Below are positions 23,676-36,575 of a stretch of DNA of 44,396 nucleotides, one piece after another. The notes below the pieces were generated by a model, which searched no databases, was not told where the DNA came from, and saw only the letters and a program-made list of their open reading frames with translations. This DNA comes from Octopus bimaculoides (Eukaryota): the NCBI RefSeq assembly GCF_001194135.2, contig NC_068982.1, positions 9,142,082-9,186,477 on the forward strand, in the 5' to 3' direction. The position numbers were made by a program, and so were the translations under genes. Numbering within the stretch: position 1 is the stretch's first letter; each line of letters opens with the position of its first letter.

Positions 23676-23994
23676 NNNNNNNNNNNNNNNNNNNNNNNNN
23701 NNNNNNNNNNNAAGATAATAAGAGTGAAAAAACTACAGAAGGCTTGTGTTACATGGTTAAAGTATATATTTAAACTATGTCAGAAAAATGTTAGAAAAAT
23801 GTTATAAAATCTTTTTGGTATATAAACATTGTATTTTGAGAAATAACCGGTTTCGTGTTGTCTTTTCAAATTTCTCTACTTCATTGTAACGTGTTCCAGT
23901 CTGAAAAAGAAGAGTTCTAGATAGGGGGAGGTAATTAGAGATTTATATTTATATATATTTATATATACACCACACGTTTAATATTTTGTGTCGT

Positions 23995-24720
23995 GTTATT
24001 TGAGAATATCGAACTTTCCAGTAATTGCAGATTCTGCTGTAGATGTTGCACTGGTGGTCACTGTAATCGGAGTGCGGAGAGAATGGACCTGGCTTTATGC
24101 TGGAGACTTTTCTCTCTCAACGTCTTGAGCCATGCTGCCTCGGAGTAGATGGCCTTGTAGTGCGAGTTTCTCAACTGAGTTCTACTCAGTGCTACCAATC
24201 TCTTTTCAGATATTAATGTACGTCTTCAATGTCCTTATAACGGAAGAGAAGAGTGGCCTTGGTGCCTGTCAGTAAAGCCAAGCTGATCATTAAGCAGGAC
24301 TTCAAGTAAGAGAATGTGTTTCATGCTTACCACAAGGACAAACAATCTCGGTTCAGCTTTGGTAAGGAAGATTTCTATGCCTAGCATGTCGCATCTTGCA
24401 AGACGATCTGTGTAGGGTACTTCGTCCTCTAAGTTGAAGGCAACGATTGTGGAATGAGTTTAACTATTTGATATGGCGCCTGTAGAATGTCCGTGTTTCA
24501 TAGCTATATAGGAGTGAGGTAAGCACAACTGTTGGTAGACGCTATGATCTCCTTACAGTTTTTGCTTGCCTCAAAGACAATCGCTGGGATATCTCTTAAT
24601 CAAGCTGGGCATTGTTTGACAAGATGCTTCCCTCGGAGCAGAATTTTGGAAATACATTTAGAAAGATATTATCTACCATGGTGATAAGATCCTGATTGGG
24701 CTGTCCACGTGCTGGCTGGC
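23995..24720 (-). pseudogene. RTE-clade (BovB-like) LINE ORF2 3' fragment, degraded
   Basis: Minus strand: VVLTSLLYSYETRTFYRRHIK*LNSFHNRCL...DEVPYTDRLARCDMLGIE...; terminal CNIYSRIC...YSQITRH. Confidence 0.85.
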
Positions 24721-24811
24721 TGCAAAACCCTGTCTTTCTCAAGCCGATTGTTTAGCCAATAGATTTGGCGACATTCGCAAAGCTGTCAACTAATGTTCCG
24801 GTGCCTTGTAG

Positions 24812-24812
<1 letters not shown>

Positions 24813-24881
<69 letters not shown>

Positions 24882-24890
24882 TACACACAC
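24813..24890. repeat. (CA)n microsatellite
   Basis: Read directly. Confidence 0.95.
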
Positions 24891-25820
24891 TATCTCTCTC
24901 ACGCGTGCGCGCGCGTAAATGTTTGTATATATGTATGTATGTTAATTTATATATAGATTTACTGTAATCCGTTGCTAATTTAAGAGATTACTTCTCCGAA
25001 AGGGATATTTGTAAATGGAAAATGAAATTCTCTCTTATCATTGATTTTTATCTGTAATATTTGACATACATTTCGTCCGATGATATGCAACGAAAACCTA
25101 CCTAAATTTCTATAGTCGCTGGAAAGTTTTCAGGCTCGCACAGCTATGACCAGACGATTAATGATTTCGAATACCACACTGAAATGTTAATTAAATGCAT
25201 ATAAACAAACTATGAGGCTGAAAAGCCCAGGCCTTTAATGGGATTTATAGTAAATGTTGTAGAAATCTAATGTGACGTATAGTATGTAAGTAAATTGCTT
25301 CCTGATAATTAAGAATAGAAGATGCTCACGTAAACCAGACACAGTTAATTGAAAATTGATTGAGAGAACTGGTCAATTATATTAATGCTTAGATTTTCAT
25401 TTCTGTTGTGTACTAAAAACCAATTCTAACTTCTTTTCATAAAATCTCGTTTAAAACCTATTTTTGAACATTAAACGTTTACACATGAGTGATTTAGTTT
25501 TATATGAAAGTATTAATTTCATGGAAATAATTAAATATATATTTACAAGGTATTCACTATATCAACATAAACACAACAACTTTCCTACTTTATAATTGAA
25601 AACATTGTTCAGTGATTTGATGTGAAATGAAATATATTTGTAGATCTATTTTTAGGTCCTTAATATTTGTTTACAATTTAAGACTTAAAAATACAATTCT
25701 GAAAGACGCTAGTGTTTTTAACAAAGATATATAGTCACACATACATAAATATTCACATACGATTGAGAACTGAAAACTATTTTCTCTGAGAACTGAAAAC
25801 TATTCTCTCTCTAAAGTGAG

Positions 25821-26257
25821 AGTATGTTGTTACCTTAATGTGACAGTCCCATGAAAGGAAGAATGCTACTGTTATCTAGCCCTAGGAAACACCGTTTCCT
25901 GTTGGTCTTGACACATTTCCTGTGTCCTTATGTTTTCAAAGTGGAGACAAGCACCTCCACCCAGCAAAACCAGCATCCAGAGACCAGTTCCAGAGTCCTT
26001 GCTCATCATCAGTCTGGAGTAGCATGGCTTGCTACCTGTCGATGCCTATCTGCCTTTGAAAACATATATGATGAGCAATGACTCTGAAACTAGTCTCTGG
26101 ATGCTGGTTTTGCTGGGTGGAGGTGCTTGTCTCCACTTTGAAAACATAAGGACACAGGAAATGTGTCAAGTCTAGCAGAAAACGGTGTTTCCTAGGGCTA
26201 AATAGCAGTAGCATTCTTCCCTTTCATCGGACTGTCACATTAAATTGACAACATACT
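25821..26257. mobile_element. Foldback/MITE-like palindrome with ~190-bp arms and a ~55-bp spacer
   Basis: 25821-~26010 is the reverse complement of ~26068-26257 with few mismatches (antisense ORFs 25851 and 26032 encode near-identical peptides). No TSD is resolved. Confidence 0.8.
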
Positions 26258-26323
26258 ATCGTGCTGCTACTGCATAAATCTCTTTGAGAGATTTAGAAAT
26301 GTATTATGTCTAGTCTCTTTCTT

Positions 26324-26367
<44 letters not shown>

Positions 26368-26369
26368 CC

Positions 26370-26520
26370 AGCATCTCGTGGCAAAGGACATAACCAGAAC
26401 AAGTACCAGACTTAAAAACAAATATTAGGATCGATTTGTTCGACTAAACCCTTCAAGTCAGTGCCACGGCATGACCGGAGTCCAATGAGTGAAACAAGTA
26501 CAAGATACAAGACAAAAGAC
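26370..26520 (+). mobile_element. SINE family B 3' remnant
   Basis: AGAACAAGTACCAGACTTAAAAAC...GATCGATTTGTTCGACTAAACCCTTCAAG...GAAACAAG. Confidence 0.7.
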
Positions 26521-26620
26521 ATATCGATGATATCCTCCCTTCTCCTGCATACAGCAAATGCTTGATATCTCTCAATCACCAAAGTCGTTTCCTCGCACCT
26601 GGGTTGTAATTGTTTGCTGA

Positions 26621-26846
26621 TCTCTTTAGCCTTCACATTGTTCTGTCAAAAGTAATGCTTATTTATTCACCTTGTTTTGAATTAATCATGCATTATCTTA
26701 TAGCTTCGAGATATTGATGAAATGACTGTTAGCTTTTTAGAATGATAATGTAGAGTTGGTGTGAGAAGCCACAACTGACCAGTTTGGACATAAAACTTGT
26801 AGAATATTTTGGTCAGATATGGCCGGTTTAAATGCTGAAAGGTTAA
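26621..26846. mobile_element. piggyBac-like (TTAA) MITE, degraded
   Basis: Short imperfect TIR CTTTAGCCTT / AATGCTGAAAGG, with TTAA at the right end; recognised from memory as a common octopus MITE. Confidence 0.5.
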
Positions 26847-27332
26847 TGAACAAAGATTGTTTGGAAAAATTCCTGCTGCCAACACCACTCATTTTCACCC
26901 ACAACACTTGGGCTACTGCCATCCTAACTAAAGATGATGTCTCTGAAACTGGAAGTTGTTAAAAACACTATTGATTCTATAAGAGTTCGCTTTTACTTCA
27001 TATCTCAACAGTAATGGTTCCGTCTGCACTCTGCTGTGGTTAGTATCTCAATGAAGCAAGAATTGTATTTTACACACTTTGTTTTTTTGTTTTTTTTTGT
27101 TTTTTATATAGCATACAAAGATTGTTTTCCACGGCTATCCCCTGTTTGAAAAGTAGTAGTAGATAGCGAAAGCGCTTACAGGAAACTCTGTTCAATAACT
27201 TTGTTTTCCATATAATTAACAATTATTGATCGATATTGGGTCATTATTAATTCAATAAGCATTGTGCAAATGCTGTGAATGTATCAGGAAAGTTTTCTTA
27301 AATTCTTAAATTTTCACATCACACGCACATTC

Positions 27333-27334
<2 letters not shown>

Positions 27335-27385
<51 letters not shown>

Positions 27386-27959
27386 NNNNNNNNNNNNNNN
27401 NNNNNNNNNNNNNNNNNNNNNNNNNNNNNNNNNNNNNNNNNNNNNNNNNNNNNNNNNNNNNNNNNNNNNNNNNNNNNNNNNNNNNNNNNNNNNNNNNNNN
27501 NNNNNNNNNNNNNNNNNNNNNNNNNNNNNNNNNNNNNNNNNNNNNNNNNNNNNNNNNNNNNNNNNNNNNNNNNNNNNNNNNNNNNNNNNNNNNNNNNNNN
27601 NNNNNNNNNNNNNNNNNNNNNNNNNNNNNNNNNNNNNNNNNNNNNNNNNNNNNNNNNNNNNNNNNNNNNNNNNNNNNNNNNNNNNNNNNNNNNNNNNNNN
27701 NNNNNNNNNNNNNNNNNNNNNNNNNNNNNNNNNNNNNNNNNNNNNNNNNNNNNNNNNNNNNNNNNNNNNNNNNNNNNNNNNNNNNNNNNNNNNNNNNNNN
27801 NNNNNNNNNNNNNNNNNNNNNNNNNNNNNNNNNNNNNNNNNNNNNNNNNNNNNNNNNNNNNNNNNNNNNNNNNNNNNNNNNNNNNNNNNNNNNNNNNNNN
27901 NNNNNNNNNNNNNNNNNNNNNNNNNNNACACACACATACACACACACTCTCTCTCTCTT

Positions 27960-27990
<31 letters not shown>

Positions 27991-28063
27991 TTCTCTCTCT
28001 CTCTTTCTCTCTCTCTCTTTCTCTATCTCTCTATCTCTCTCTCTTTCTCTCTCTCTTTCTCTA

Positions 28064-28095
<32 letters not shown>

Positions 28096-28280
28096 TCTCT
28101 TTCTTTCTCTCTCACACACATGCACTCACACACACACACACACACAGACACACACACACACTCTCTCTCTCTCTCTCTCTGTCTATCTCTCTCTCTCTAT
28201 CTATCTCTCTCTCTGTCTATCTCTTTCTCTGTCTATCTCTCTCTGTGTCTATCTCTCTCTCTTTCTCTCTTACACACACA
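27335..28280. repeat. (GT)n - N gap - (CA)n/(CT)n compound microsatellite
   Basis: Read directly; gap at 27386-27927. Confidence 0.95.
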
Positions 28281-28284
28281 TTAT

Positions 28285-28485
28285 TCCCTTCCACTATAAG
28301 CACAATGGCCTGAAATTTGAGAGAAGGGCCTCGTCGATTAACCGAAATGGTGAAAGTCAACCCCAAAATGATGATAAGCAACGTCGACACTGCTTACGTT
28401 TAAACTCGGAACGTAAAAATGGCCGCCAAAATACCGCTAAGCATTTTAGATGGCGCGCTAACGATTCTGGCAGCTTGCCTCCTTA
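28285..28485 (-). mobile_element. SINE family A, diverged
   Basis: AATACCGCTAAGCATTTT...GCGCTAACGATTCTGGCAGCTTGCC is the reverse complement of the head. Confidence 0.7.
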
Positions 28486-28941
28486 CACACGTATATTTTT
28501 GCCTATTAGGAGAACCGCTTTCATCAATGATGCATAAGAGATACACACATACATAACGTGACCTACAATAACCTTAAGAAGATTAGTTATATTTTTTCTG
28601 CCAGCTCAGAAGTTTCATTATTGGCAAACGATTGATTTATGAATATGTTCTGTAACGGTTTTAGTCATTACTGAGTTTTAATGAAATATATTCTAGAAGT
28701 CTAATGACTATTGAAACTCATATTTCTAATTGTATACAAATAAAATTAGATACTTACATCAGCCAATGAAAGCAGAAAATAAGCTTTCAACTAAAGTAAG
28801 CAGAATGAATACGAACTTCTCAGTTAATGTTTAACGCGCTGTAATATGTTATAAGCTCTTCAATATTCTCTGATATGTTATGTGTATATAGAACATTTTA
28901 GAGGGTGATCAATTTATATTATAATTTTTTGTCTAGACGAT

Positions 28942-29323
28942 TGTGGCACTCCGTCGGTTACGACGACAAGGAGTGTGCCAGTTGATCCGATCAACAGAAC
29001 AGCCTGCTCGTGAAATTAACGTGCAAGTGGCTGAGCACTCCACAGACACGTGTACATTTAACGTAGTTCTCAGGGAGATTCAGTGTGACACGGCGTGTGA
29101 CAAGTCTGGCCCTTCGAAATACAGGTACAACAGTAACAGGAAGAAAGAGTGAAAGTTGTGGTGAAGGAGTACAGCAGGGTTCACCGCCAGCTCCTGCCGG
29201 ACCCTCGTGGAGCTTTAGGTGTTTTCGCTCAATAAACACTCATAACGCCCGGTCTGGGAATCGAAACCGCCATCCTACGACCGCAGGTCCCTTACCCTAA
29301 CCACTGGGCCATTGCGCCTCCAC
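28942..29323 (-). mobile_element. tRNA-derived SINE family E, full length with a 12-bp TSD
   Basis: Head GTGGAGGCGCAATGGCCCAGTGGTTAGGG...GGTTTCGATTCCCAGACC; TSD TGTCTAGACGAT at 28930-28941 and 29324-29335. Confidence 0.9.
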
Positions 29324-30899
29324 TGTCTAGACGATAACTGGAACAAAATGCTTAAGCAGTATTTAACATTAAATATATCATTACTAATATACATAATATA
29401 TGAAAGTTTGTTGCGAGGGAGACAAAAGTTTTGCAATAACGGAAAAGTAATTTTTTTCAGAGGAAAGATCATGTCTTAAAGGCATAGCAGACTAGACTGC
29501 GAACCAACAATGAGACCCGTACATTGTCCCTCAACTAGTAACCGCAATCTATTCTTTGAAAATGGGTTGTACAATGTCTTAAGCATCAGTAATATCCCAA
29601 TTTTGGCGTCTATGACGTATTTGACCAAAGCTTTGCTTACGTAGGCGTGTACTAGTGGTCAATAACAAAAGCAGAATATAATAGGCAGTTGCTTAATTTC
29701 CATTTCAAGCCAGTTATATTTCTATTGAACAACATTATTTGACAGAGAAATAATTATCTTTCCAATCCTTGCTATGACCCTCACTCCTAGGAAATATTTG
29801 ATTAAATGTTCACAACTCCTACAAAGGAAACATCTCATTTGAAAATGAAAAAAATCCATTTTGTAATAACTTGTTTTAATAGAACTAAACGCGGTGCTGT
29901 GGATGAACAAATTGAGCCCAAAACAAATTAAGCTTTTGCATCAGTGCATAAAATGCAAACGTAATCTAACCCTGTAAAATCACCAAGTAAACAATGAATT
30001 CCAATCACATTTGTGATCATAAAATTCAGCTCCTCTTTCATGAAGTGGAATATTCTTGTTGATTGCTGGTAATTTCAGGCAATTTCTAAATCGATTTTGA
30101 TTGAGGGATGAGAATTGAATCAAGATTTACTCTGGTATGACGTTACAAAAGTAATGGTGACTTTTCCATCAAGTGATGTGAACATATCCAGTTCTGAAAA
30201 CCAAAGCATCTCCAACGTTCTGCTTTGGATTCAATCCTAGAACTCAATTTGTGTGCATATCAATGCGATTTTTCGTTTGTTAGTCATCACCTGATATTTT
30301 CTTTAAACTTTGAGAATGTGAACTCCTTGTCAAATTTTTCACAAATCTTGAGGTCTACCGCTGCAAATATTCAGCAAACGATTTCGAAAGCACTTCAAAA
30401 TTAATTAAAACATTAGGGGGTTATTTCTACATATAGGGAGTAATATACAGTTCTTTCTATGATTAATGAAATTATTTTTTATTATTGATTAATAATTTTA
30501 TTCTGAAAAACTATTTTAATATGGTATATACTCTCCTTCTATAGCGTTCCCTGAAATGTCATCTCGCGCCCGCAAGGATGGAGACGTGGCACTTCAGGGA
30601 GTGAATCTCATGTTGGAAATCCTTAACTTATTCTGGCATTTATCCTCAAGCAATGTTTATAACATCAAATTATCAAAGTTCATCTTTGAGATCATATGTG
30701 ATTCATAGTAAAATAACTTTGCTTTTAAACTATAAAGAAAACAGATGATCAGCCGACGGCAAAATCGACAGAACAAATTCCAGAGAATAATGTAAATATC
30801 CAGCTAACATGTACTTGATAATGTTATTAGCACGAATTTTCAAATAAAGATTGTTGTTTTTATTCTTGAATAGTAAGATGCCTACAACAACGAGTACAC

Positions 30900-30975
30900 G
30901 CACAGCCTAAAGACGGGCAAAATGCCGCTAAGCATTTGTCTGGTGCGCTAATGGTTCTGGTAGCTTCCCGCCGTA
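30900..30975 (-). mobile_element. SINE family A head fragment
   Basis: AATGCCGCTAAGCATTTGTCTGGTGCGCTAATGGTTCTGG. Confidence 0.7.
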
Positions 30976-31666
30976 CACACATATTATTGCTTATTAAAAG
31001 AATTGCTTTAATCAATAATATTTATGAGATACACACATACATGTCCTAATTTTGATATGAATACTATTGTATTAAACTATGACAGAAACAACAATATCAA
31101 TACAGAACGCTATTAGGTGTATGTATATATACAGTCTGTTAAATTCTGTCATACCGGCCATGATGAAATACCACAAGGTATAGAAAATACGTATTCGCCT
31201 TTATATATTTAATCCTTTATATTGAACACTCAATATTTCATCTATTCAATAAGACATATTCCATATATTCAATAAGACATTCAATACTTTATTTCATTGT
31301 ACCATCCATTTTTATTTTATATTATATATTGTATATTATATTATATATTGTATATTCCATATTCTATATCCCACATTGGTTTTGCAGGAATATAAATGAA
31401 ACATAAAAAACAGACAGTGTTGGAACTCTTTTAAACAAAATAATATATTCCTCTATACACAATCATACAAAACCCCTTTTTTGTNNNNNNNNNNNNNNNN
31501 NNNNNNNNNNNNNNNNNNNNNNNNNNNNNNNNNNNNNNNNNNNNNNNNNNNNNNNNNNNNNNNNNNNNNNNNNNNNNNNNNNNNNNNNNNNNNNNNNNNN
31601 NNNNNNNNNNNNNNNNNNNNNNNNNNNNNNNNNNNNNNNNNNNNNNNNNNNNNNNNNNNNNNNTAT

Positions 31667-32656
31667 ATAATATCAAAGGCTAATCTGAAATATTAGAAAT
31701 TTCCATTACCAGTAGCCTGGCGTGTAAAAATTTAGTCAATAGACTATATATTATTCATATAAATGCATTGTACATTTAAACACATTAGAGGTATCCATCA
31801 TAGGACTACCTGCACGCTAGAGAGGACAGTTAAATTCCAAACCACTATTAGGGATAAAATTTCGAAGTGAATGAAAAATAAGACCATTTACCATCTAACT
31901 CTTGGACCGAATGATTTCAGAATTATTTTAGCAAATAAAATAATTTGCTAGGCGAAGCTTTCTTCAACAGGAACACCTTAGATTAAATATATATACACGA
32001 GGCAATCCGGTACATGATCCGTGCTTATACATTCTAATTTTTCAAATCTACTGCGCAAGCGCAGCTCCTTAGATGGTAAATGTTCTTATTTTTCATTCCC
32101 TTCGAAATTTTATCCCTAATAGTGGTTTGTAATTTAACTGTCCTCTCTAGCGTGCAGGTAGTCCTATGATGGATACGTCCTATGTGTTTAAATGTACACT
32201 GAATTTATATGAATAATATATAGTCTATTGACTAAATTTTTACACGCTAGGCCACTGGTAATGGAAGTTTCTAATATTTCAGATTACTCTTTGATATTAT
32301 TAATTATTAATGATTTTTTTTCTTGGATAATTTTCGAAATGAATAACCCAGCATATTTAATTACTGCCGACAAGGTAGATTTGAAAAATTAGAATGTATA
32401 AGCACAGGCCATATACTGGATTGCTTCGTGTATATATATTAAATCTAAGGTGTACCTGCTGAAGAAGGCTTTGCCTAGCAAATTATTTTATTTGCTAAAA
32501 AAATGTGAAACCATTCGGTCCAAGAGTTAGATGGTAAATGGTCTTATTTTTCATTCCCTTCGAAATTTTATCCCCGATAATGGTTTTGAATTTAACTGAC
32601 CTCTCTCGTGTGCAGGTAGTCCTATGATGGATATCACTTATGTGTTTAAATGTACA
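31667..32656. repeat. Local inverted triplication
   Basis: 31667-31898 is the reverse complement of 32069-32300; 31769-32051 is the reverse complement of 32375-32656. Confidence 0.9.
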
Positions 32657-33603
32657 CTGTATTGGTATATATGTGTATATATATATGTATGTATGTATAT
32701 ATNNNNNNNNNNNNNNNNNNNNNNNNNNNNNNNNNNNNNNNNNNNNNNNNNNNNNNNNNNNNNNNNNNNNNNNNNNNNNNNNNNNNNNNNNNNNNNNNNN
32801 NNNNNNNNNNNNNNNNNNNNNNNNNNNNNNNNNNNNNNNNNNNNNNNNNNNNNNNNNNNNNNNNNNNNNNNNNNNNNNNNNNNNNNNNNNNNNNNNNNNN
32901 NNNNNNNNNNNNNNNNNNNNNNNNNNNNNNNNNNNNNNNNNNNNNNNNNNNNNNNNNNNNNNNNNNNNNNNNNNNNNNNNNNNNNNNNNNNNNNNNNNNN
33001 NNNNNNNNNNNNNNNNNNNNNNNNNNNNNNNNNNNNNNNNNNNNNNNNNNNNNNNNNNNNNNNNNNNNNNNNNNNNNNNNNNNNNNNNNNNNNNNNNNNN
33101 NNNNNNNNNNNNNNNNNNNNNNNNNNNNNNNNNNNNNNNNNNNNNNNNNNNNNNNNNNNNNNNNNNNNNNNNNNNNNNNNNNNNNNNNNNNNNNNNNNNN
33201 NNNNNNNNNNNNNNNNNNNNNNNNNNNNNNNNNNNNNNNNNNNNNNNNNNNNNNNNNNNNNNNNNNNNNNNNNNNNNNNNNNNNNNNNNNNNNNNNNNNN
33301 NNNNNNNNNNNNNNNNNNNNNNNNNNNNNNNNNNNNNNNNNNNNNNNNNNNNNNNNNNNNNNNNNNNNNNNNNNNNNNNNNNNNNNNNNNNNNNNNNNNN
33401 NNNNNNNNNNNNNNNNNNNNNNNNNNNNNNNNNNNNNNNNNNNNNNNNNNNNNNNNNNNNNNNNNNNNNNNNNNNNNNNNNNNNNNNNNNNNNNNNNNNN
33501 NNNNNNNNNNNNNNNNNNNNNNNNNNNNNNNNNNNNNNNNNNNNNNNNNNNNNNNNNNNNNNNNNNNNNNNNNNNNNNNNNNNNNNNNNNNNNNNNNNNN
33601 NAT

Positions 33604-33644
<41 letters not shown>

Positions 33645-34149
33645 AGGATAAAACTTTTTTTTTTGTTATCAGTGGCCAGCATGTAAAATGAGTCCAATTA
33701 AGGTGAAAATTATAAGTATAATTAGAATAAGGGCTTGGAAAACATTTTCTAGCCTAGATGCTGAGAAATAGACGCCAAAACGTCTCACCATTCAAAGACG
33801 TCACGAAAAAGCGGTGTTGAAATCGACGCAACAAGCTAACGGGAATCTCTAATAAAATAGATAGCTCTGTATTAGCCTAATTTCTGGGTTAGCCCAAAGG
33901 CTCTCCTGTCCTCAGCAGAACATACTAATAGAAATAAATGAAATATTTATATATACTCACAGGAAAGTAAAACGCAAAGCCACAAGTTCACATAAATAAC
34001 CCATATATCTCCAAAACAAATTTCGTAGCCTGCCTCAACAACATGTGTATTCGGTCGGCACAGCAGGGTAGCTACCATCACCATCACCATCTTCATTACC
34101 ACCATAGTTTTGAGTAACAAAGCTCATTCATCTCCGTTCAACTGTTTGT

Positions 34150-34650
34150 GTATGTCTTTTTCTTCGTTTTGATGTATCTCTACTCTCCCTCTTAATGTAA
34201 CAGCCTCCCCTGTCCATATCTCTCTATCTGCCGTTCCTTAACTTTTTTGCCAGAACATCACCCTCTGCTGAATATTGTATCTTAAACATATCTCTTTCTC
34301 TTTACCTTTCCCTGCCCCACCTACAGCATGTCGTTAACACTTCTCTCTCCTTCTTTCCTGACTTCCTCTTTTCTCTCACCGTCTTTTTCTCTCGTTCTTC
34401 GCCTCTCCCTTCAACTAACCACGTGACGCATTTAACCTTAATATACATCTTATTCTACTTGTTCCTCACTTCTTTCTTCTTTACTCATATTCTTCCTCCT
34501 CTCTTTCTCTCTCTATCTCTCTCTCTCTCTCCCTCTCTCAGTTTTTACTCCACTCTCACTCCACCACCACCACCTCTCACTCACTCCATTTCCACCTCTC
34601 ACTCATTCGATTTCCACCTCTCACTCACTCCTCTCCACCGCTCTAATTAA
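34150..34650. repeat. Polypyrimidine (CT-rich) low-complexity tract
   Basis: Read directly. Confidence 0.8.
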
Positions 34651-34766
34651 CTAAATTATTACGGGCGAACGAACATGATCATCATATAGATTATTATCAT
34701 TATTTTTTCTTTCGTTTTTGGAGTTGGTTTTCAATATTCTTTATGGGAATTCATGCGTTGAAGCAT

Positions 34767-34993
34767 ATTCTGTTGTGTCTGGGGAGAGTCATTCTCTTTT
34801 AGTGCCTTATAATTAAAACACACTCACCGGTAAAATTACCACTCATTTATTTTTCTAAAATTTTCTCTGTGTCTTGCAACTCACAACGAAACATTTAGAA
34901 AAATAAATAAGTAAATGCCTGGAAATTCTACCGGTGACTGCGTTAAATTATAAGGCACTGAAAGAGAATGACTCTCCCCAGACACAACAGGAT
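34767..34993. mobile_element. MITE with ~100-bp inverted arms
   Basis: CTGTTGTGTCTGGGGAGAGTCATTCTCTTT.AGTGCCTTATAATT vs AATTATAAGGCACTGAAAGAGAATGACTCTCCCCAGACACAACAG. Confidence 0.85.
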
Positions 34994-35354
34994 CATTTTT
35001 TCTGTAACCTATAAATGTAATAATTATCGCTAAGTGTATAAACATTGTGCTTCGTATACAAATACATATAATTTGCATTTAATGTGTGTAAACATATCTC
35101 ACTTTACATATAAATAAATTCCATTTACATTTAAAACGTATTGATATATTTTGTTTTGTACAATAAATATACTTCTTTTGCATTTAAAGTGTTTGTGTAT
35201 TATTCTATTTAGTTTTGTATAATAATATATTCTGATCGGATTTGAACTGTTAAATGAATTTGTAATTAGATTTTATCTTTAATAAATTACAACTGAAAAT
35301 GTCCTCTCGGGGATTTCTTTTCTGAATCAGTCCTTTTATAAAGAGCAACAGCCA

Positions 35355-35650
35355 GAACACAATTGTTACATCCGAATATTAAGAGCACTCTTAAATATAT
35401 CTTGGTGAACTCATCCTACAAAGAAACAGATATTTCTGCCATTATAAAGGAAGGCGCTGCGCTTTGCAGAACATTGCTTGCGAGCTAAAGCTGAACTGGC
35501 AAGTGACCTACCGCTCTGCATGCCAAAGCATGGCCATACTCGAGCAGATCCAAACACACAACATATGTAGATCAACTCACCAGAGAAACTTGATACCCCC
35601 TCGCAGACCTCGCTCGACTTATGCAGGATCGAGATGGTTGCGTGGGTTAA
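35355..35650 (+). pseudogene. RTE/RTEX-type LINE ORF2 3' fragment
   Basis: YIRILRALLNISW*THPTK...LRFAEHCLRAKAELASDL...DLARLMQDRDG, matching the LRFAGHC..A....SDL..W / MxDRxxW end of RTE-related ORF2. Confidence 0.75.
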
Positions 35651-36389
35651 AAATATCGGAGCAAGCTCGACCAGAAGATAATAGTGAAATAAAAGTTTTA
35701 CATTATCAAATAGTAATGGTTTTATTCAAATATTTGCAAAAACAGAATCTCTAATGTTCAAAATATTCTCTTAAAGGTAACATAAAAATAATAGCGACAA
35801 AAGCAACATTGATACCAAAAAGTAATATTTATCCCCAATTAAAAGTGGAATACTGAGTTAGTTACCGTGCACAAAACCTCTCATGTGAACTTGTGCATGA
35901 ACTACAAGTCTATATGAGAAGTTCTCTCTTGTTAACTTTTGCAGTGTTATGCGTTCTAACACAACATCTACTTTTAATCTGAGAGAAGCTTCATAAAAAT
36001 GTTAGAAGATTAAAAGTCCAATAACTTCTTTTTTCTTTCACATTTTAGGAGTAGATTGCAGTCTTGAATATCAGACGTGTTTAATTCTATAGACATACGA
36101 GTTTTAAGCGGTAAAATTTATCATTTTAGCGAAATCAGAAATGGAGTAATGCGAAGAGTGCAGGAGTAATCTGAAACCGAGCTCATGCCATATCCGGGAA
36201 AGGGGCACGGGGGGAGGATAATTTAAAATCGATTTCAGATTACTAGGAGGTAACTTAGAATGGGGTGGGGGTTAACTTGAAGTATTTATAAGCAGTATTA
36301 TTTCTATTAAAAATGCTTAACATACTTATTACAAGCTAAAATACTTTGAAACTCTTACAACGTAAACCACGAATGATGATTTTCAATCT

Positions 36390-36575
36390 GGAGTGGCTGT
36401 GTGGTAAGAAGCTTGCTTCCCAGCCATATGGTTCCAGGTTCAGTTCCACTGCGTGGCACCTTGGGCAATTGTCTTTTAATATTGCCACGGGCCAGCCAAA
36501 ACTATATAGGTGTATTTGGTAGACGGAAACTGAAAGAAGCTCAACGTATATATATATATATATATATATATATAT
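36390..36575 (+). mobile_element. SINE family B, 5' half
   Basis: GGAGTGGCTGTGTGGTAAGAAGCTTGCTTCCC...GGTTCAGTTCCACTGCGTGGCACCTTGGGCAA...GGTAGACGGAAACTGAAAGAAGC, then (TA)n. Confidence 0.9.

Noticed and set aside
27279-28537. Long ORFs of 200-400 aa in the ORF track (also 19420-19935, 31431-31696, 32495-33697, 36401-37348)
   Set aside because: They are artefacts of N-runs and dinucleotide repeats.
32455-32490. Hammerhead-like CTGAAGAAGGC-TTT-GCCT
   Set aside because: It lacks the GAAA core and stems I/III, and is not conserved in the inverted copy.
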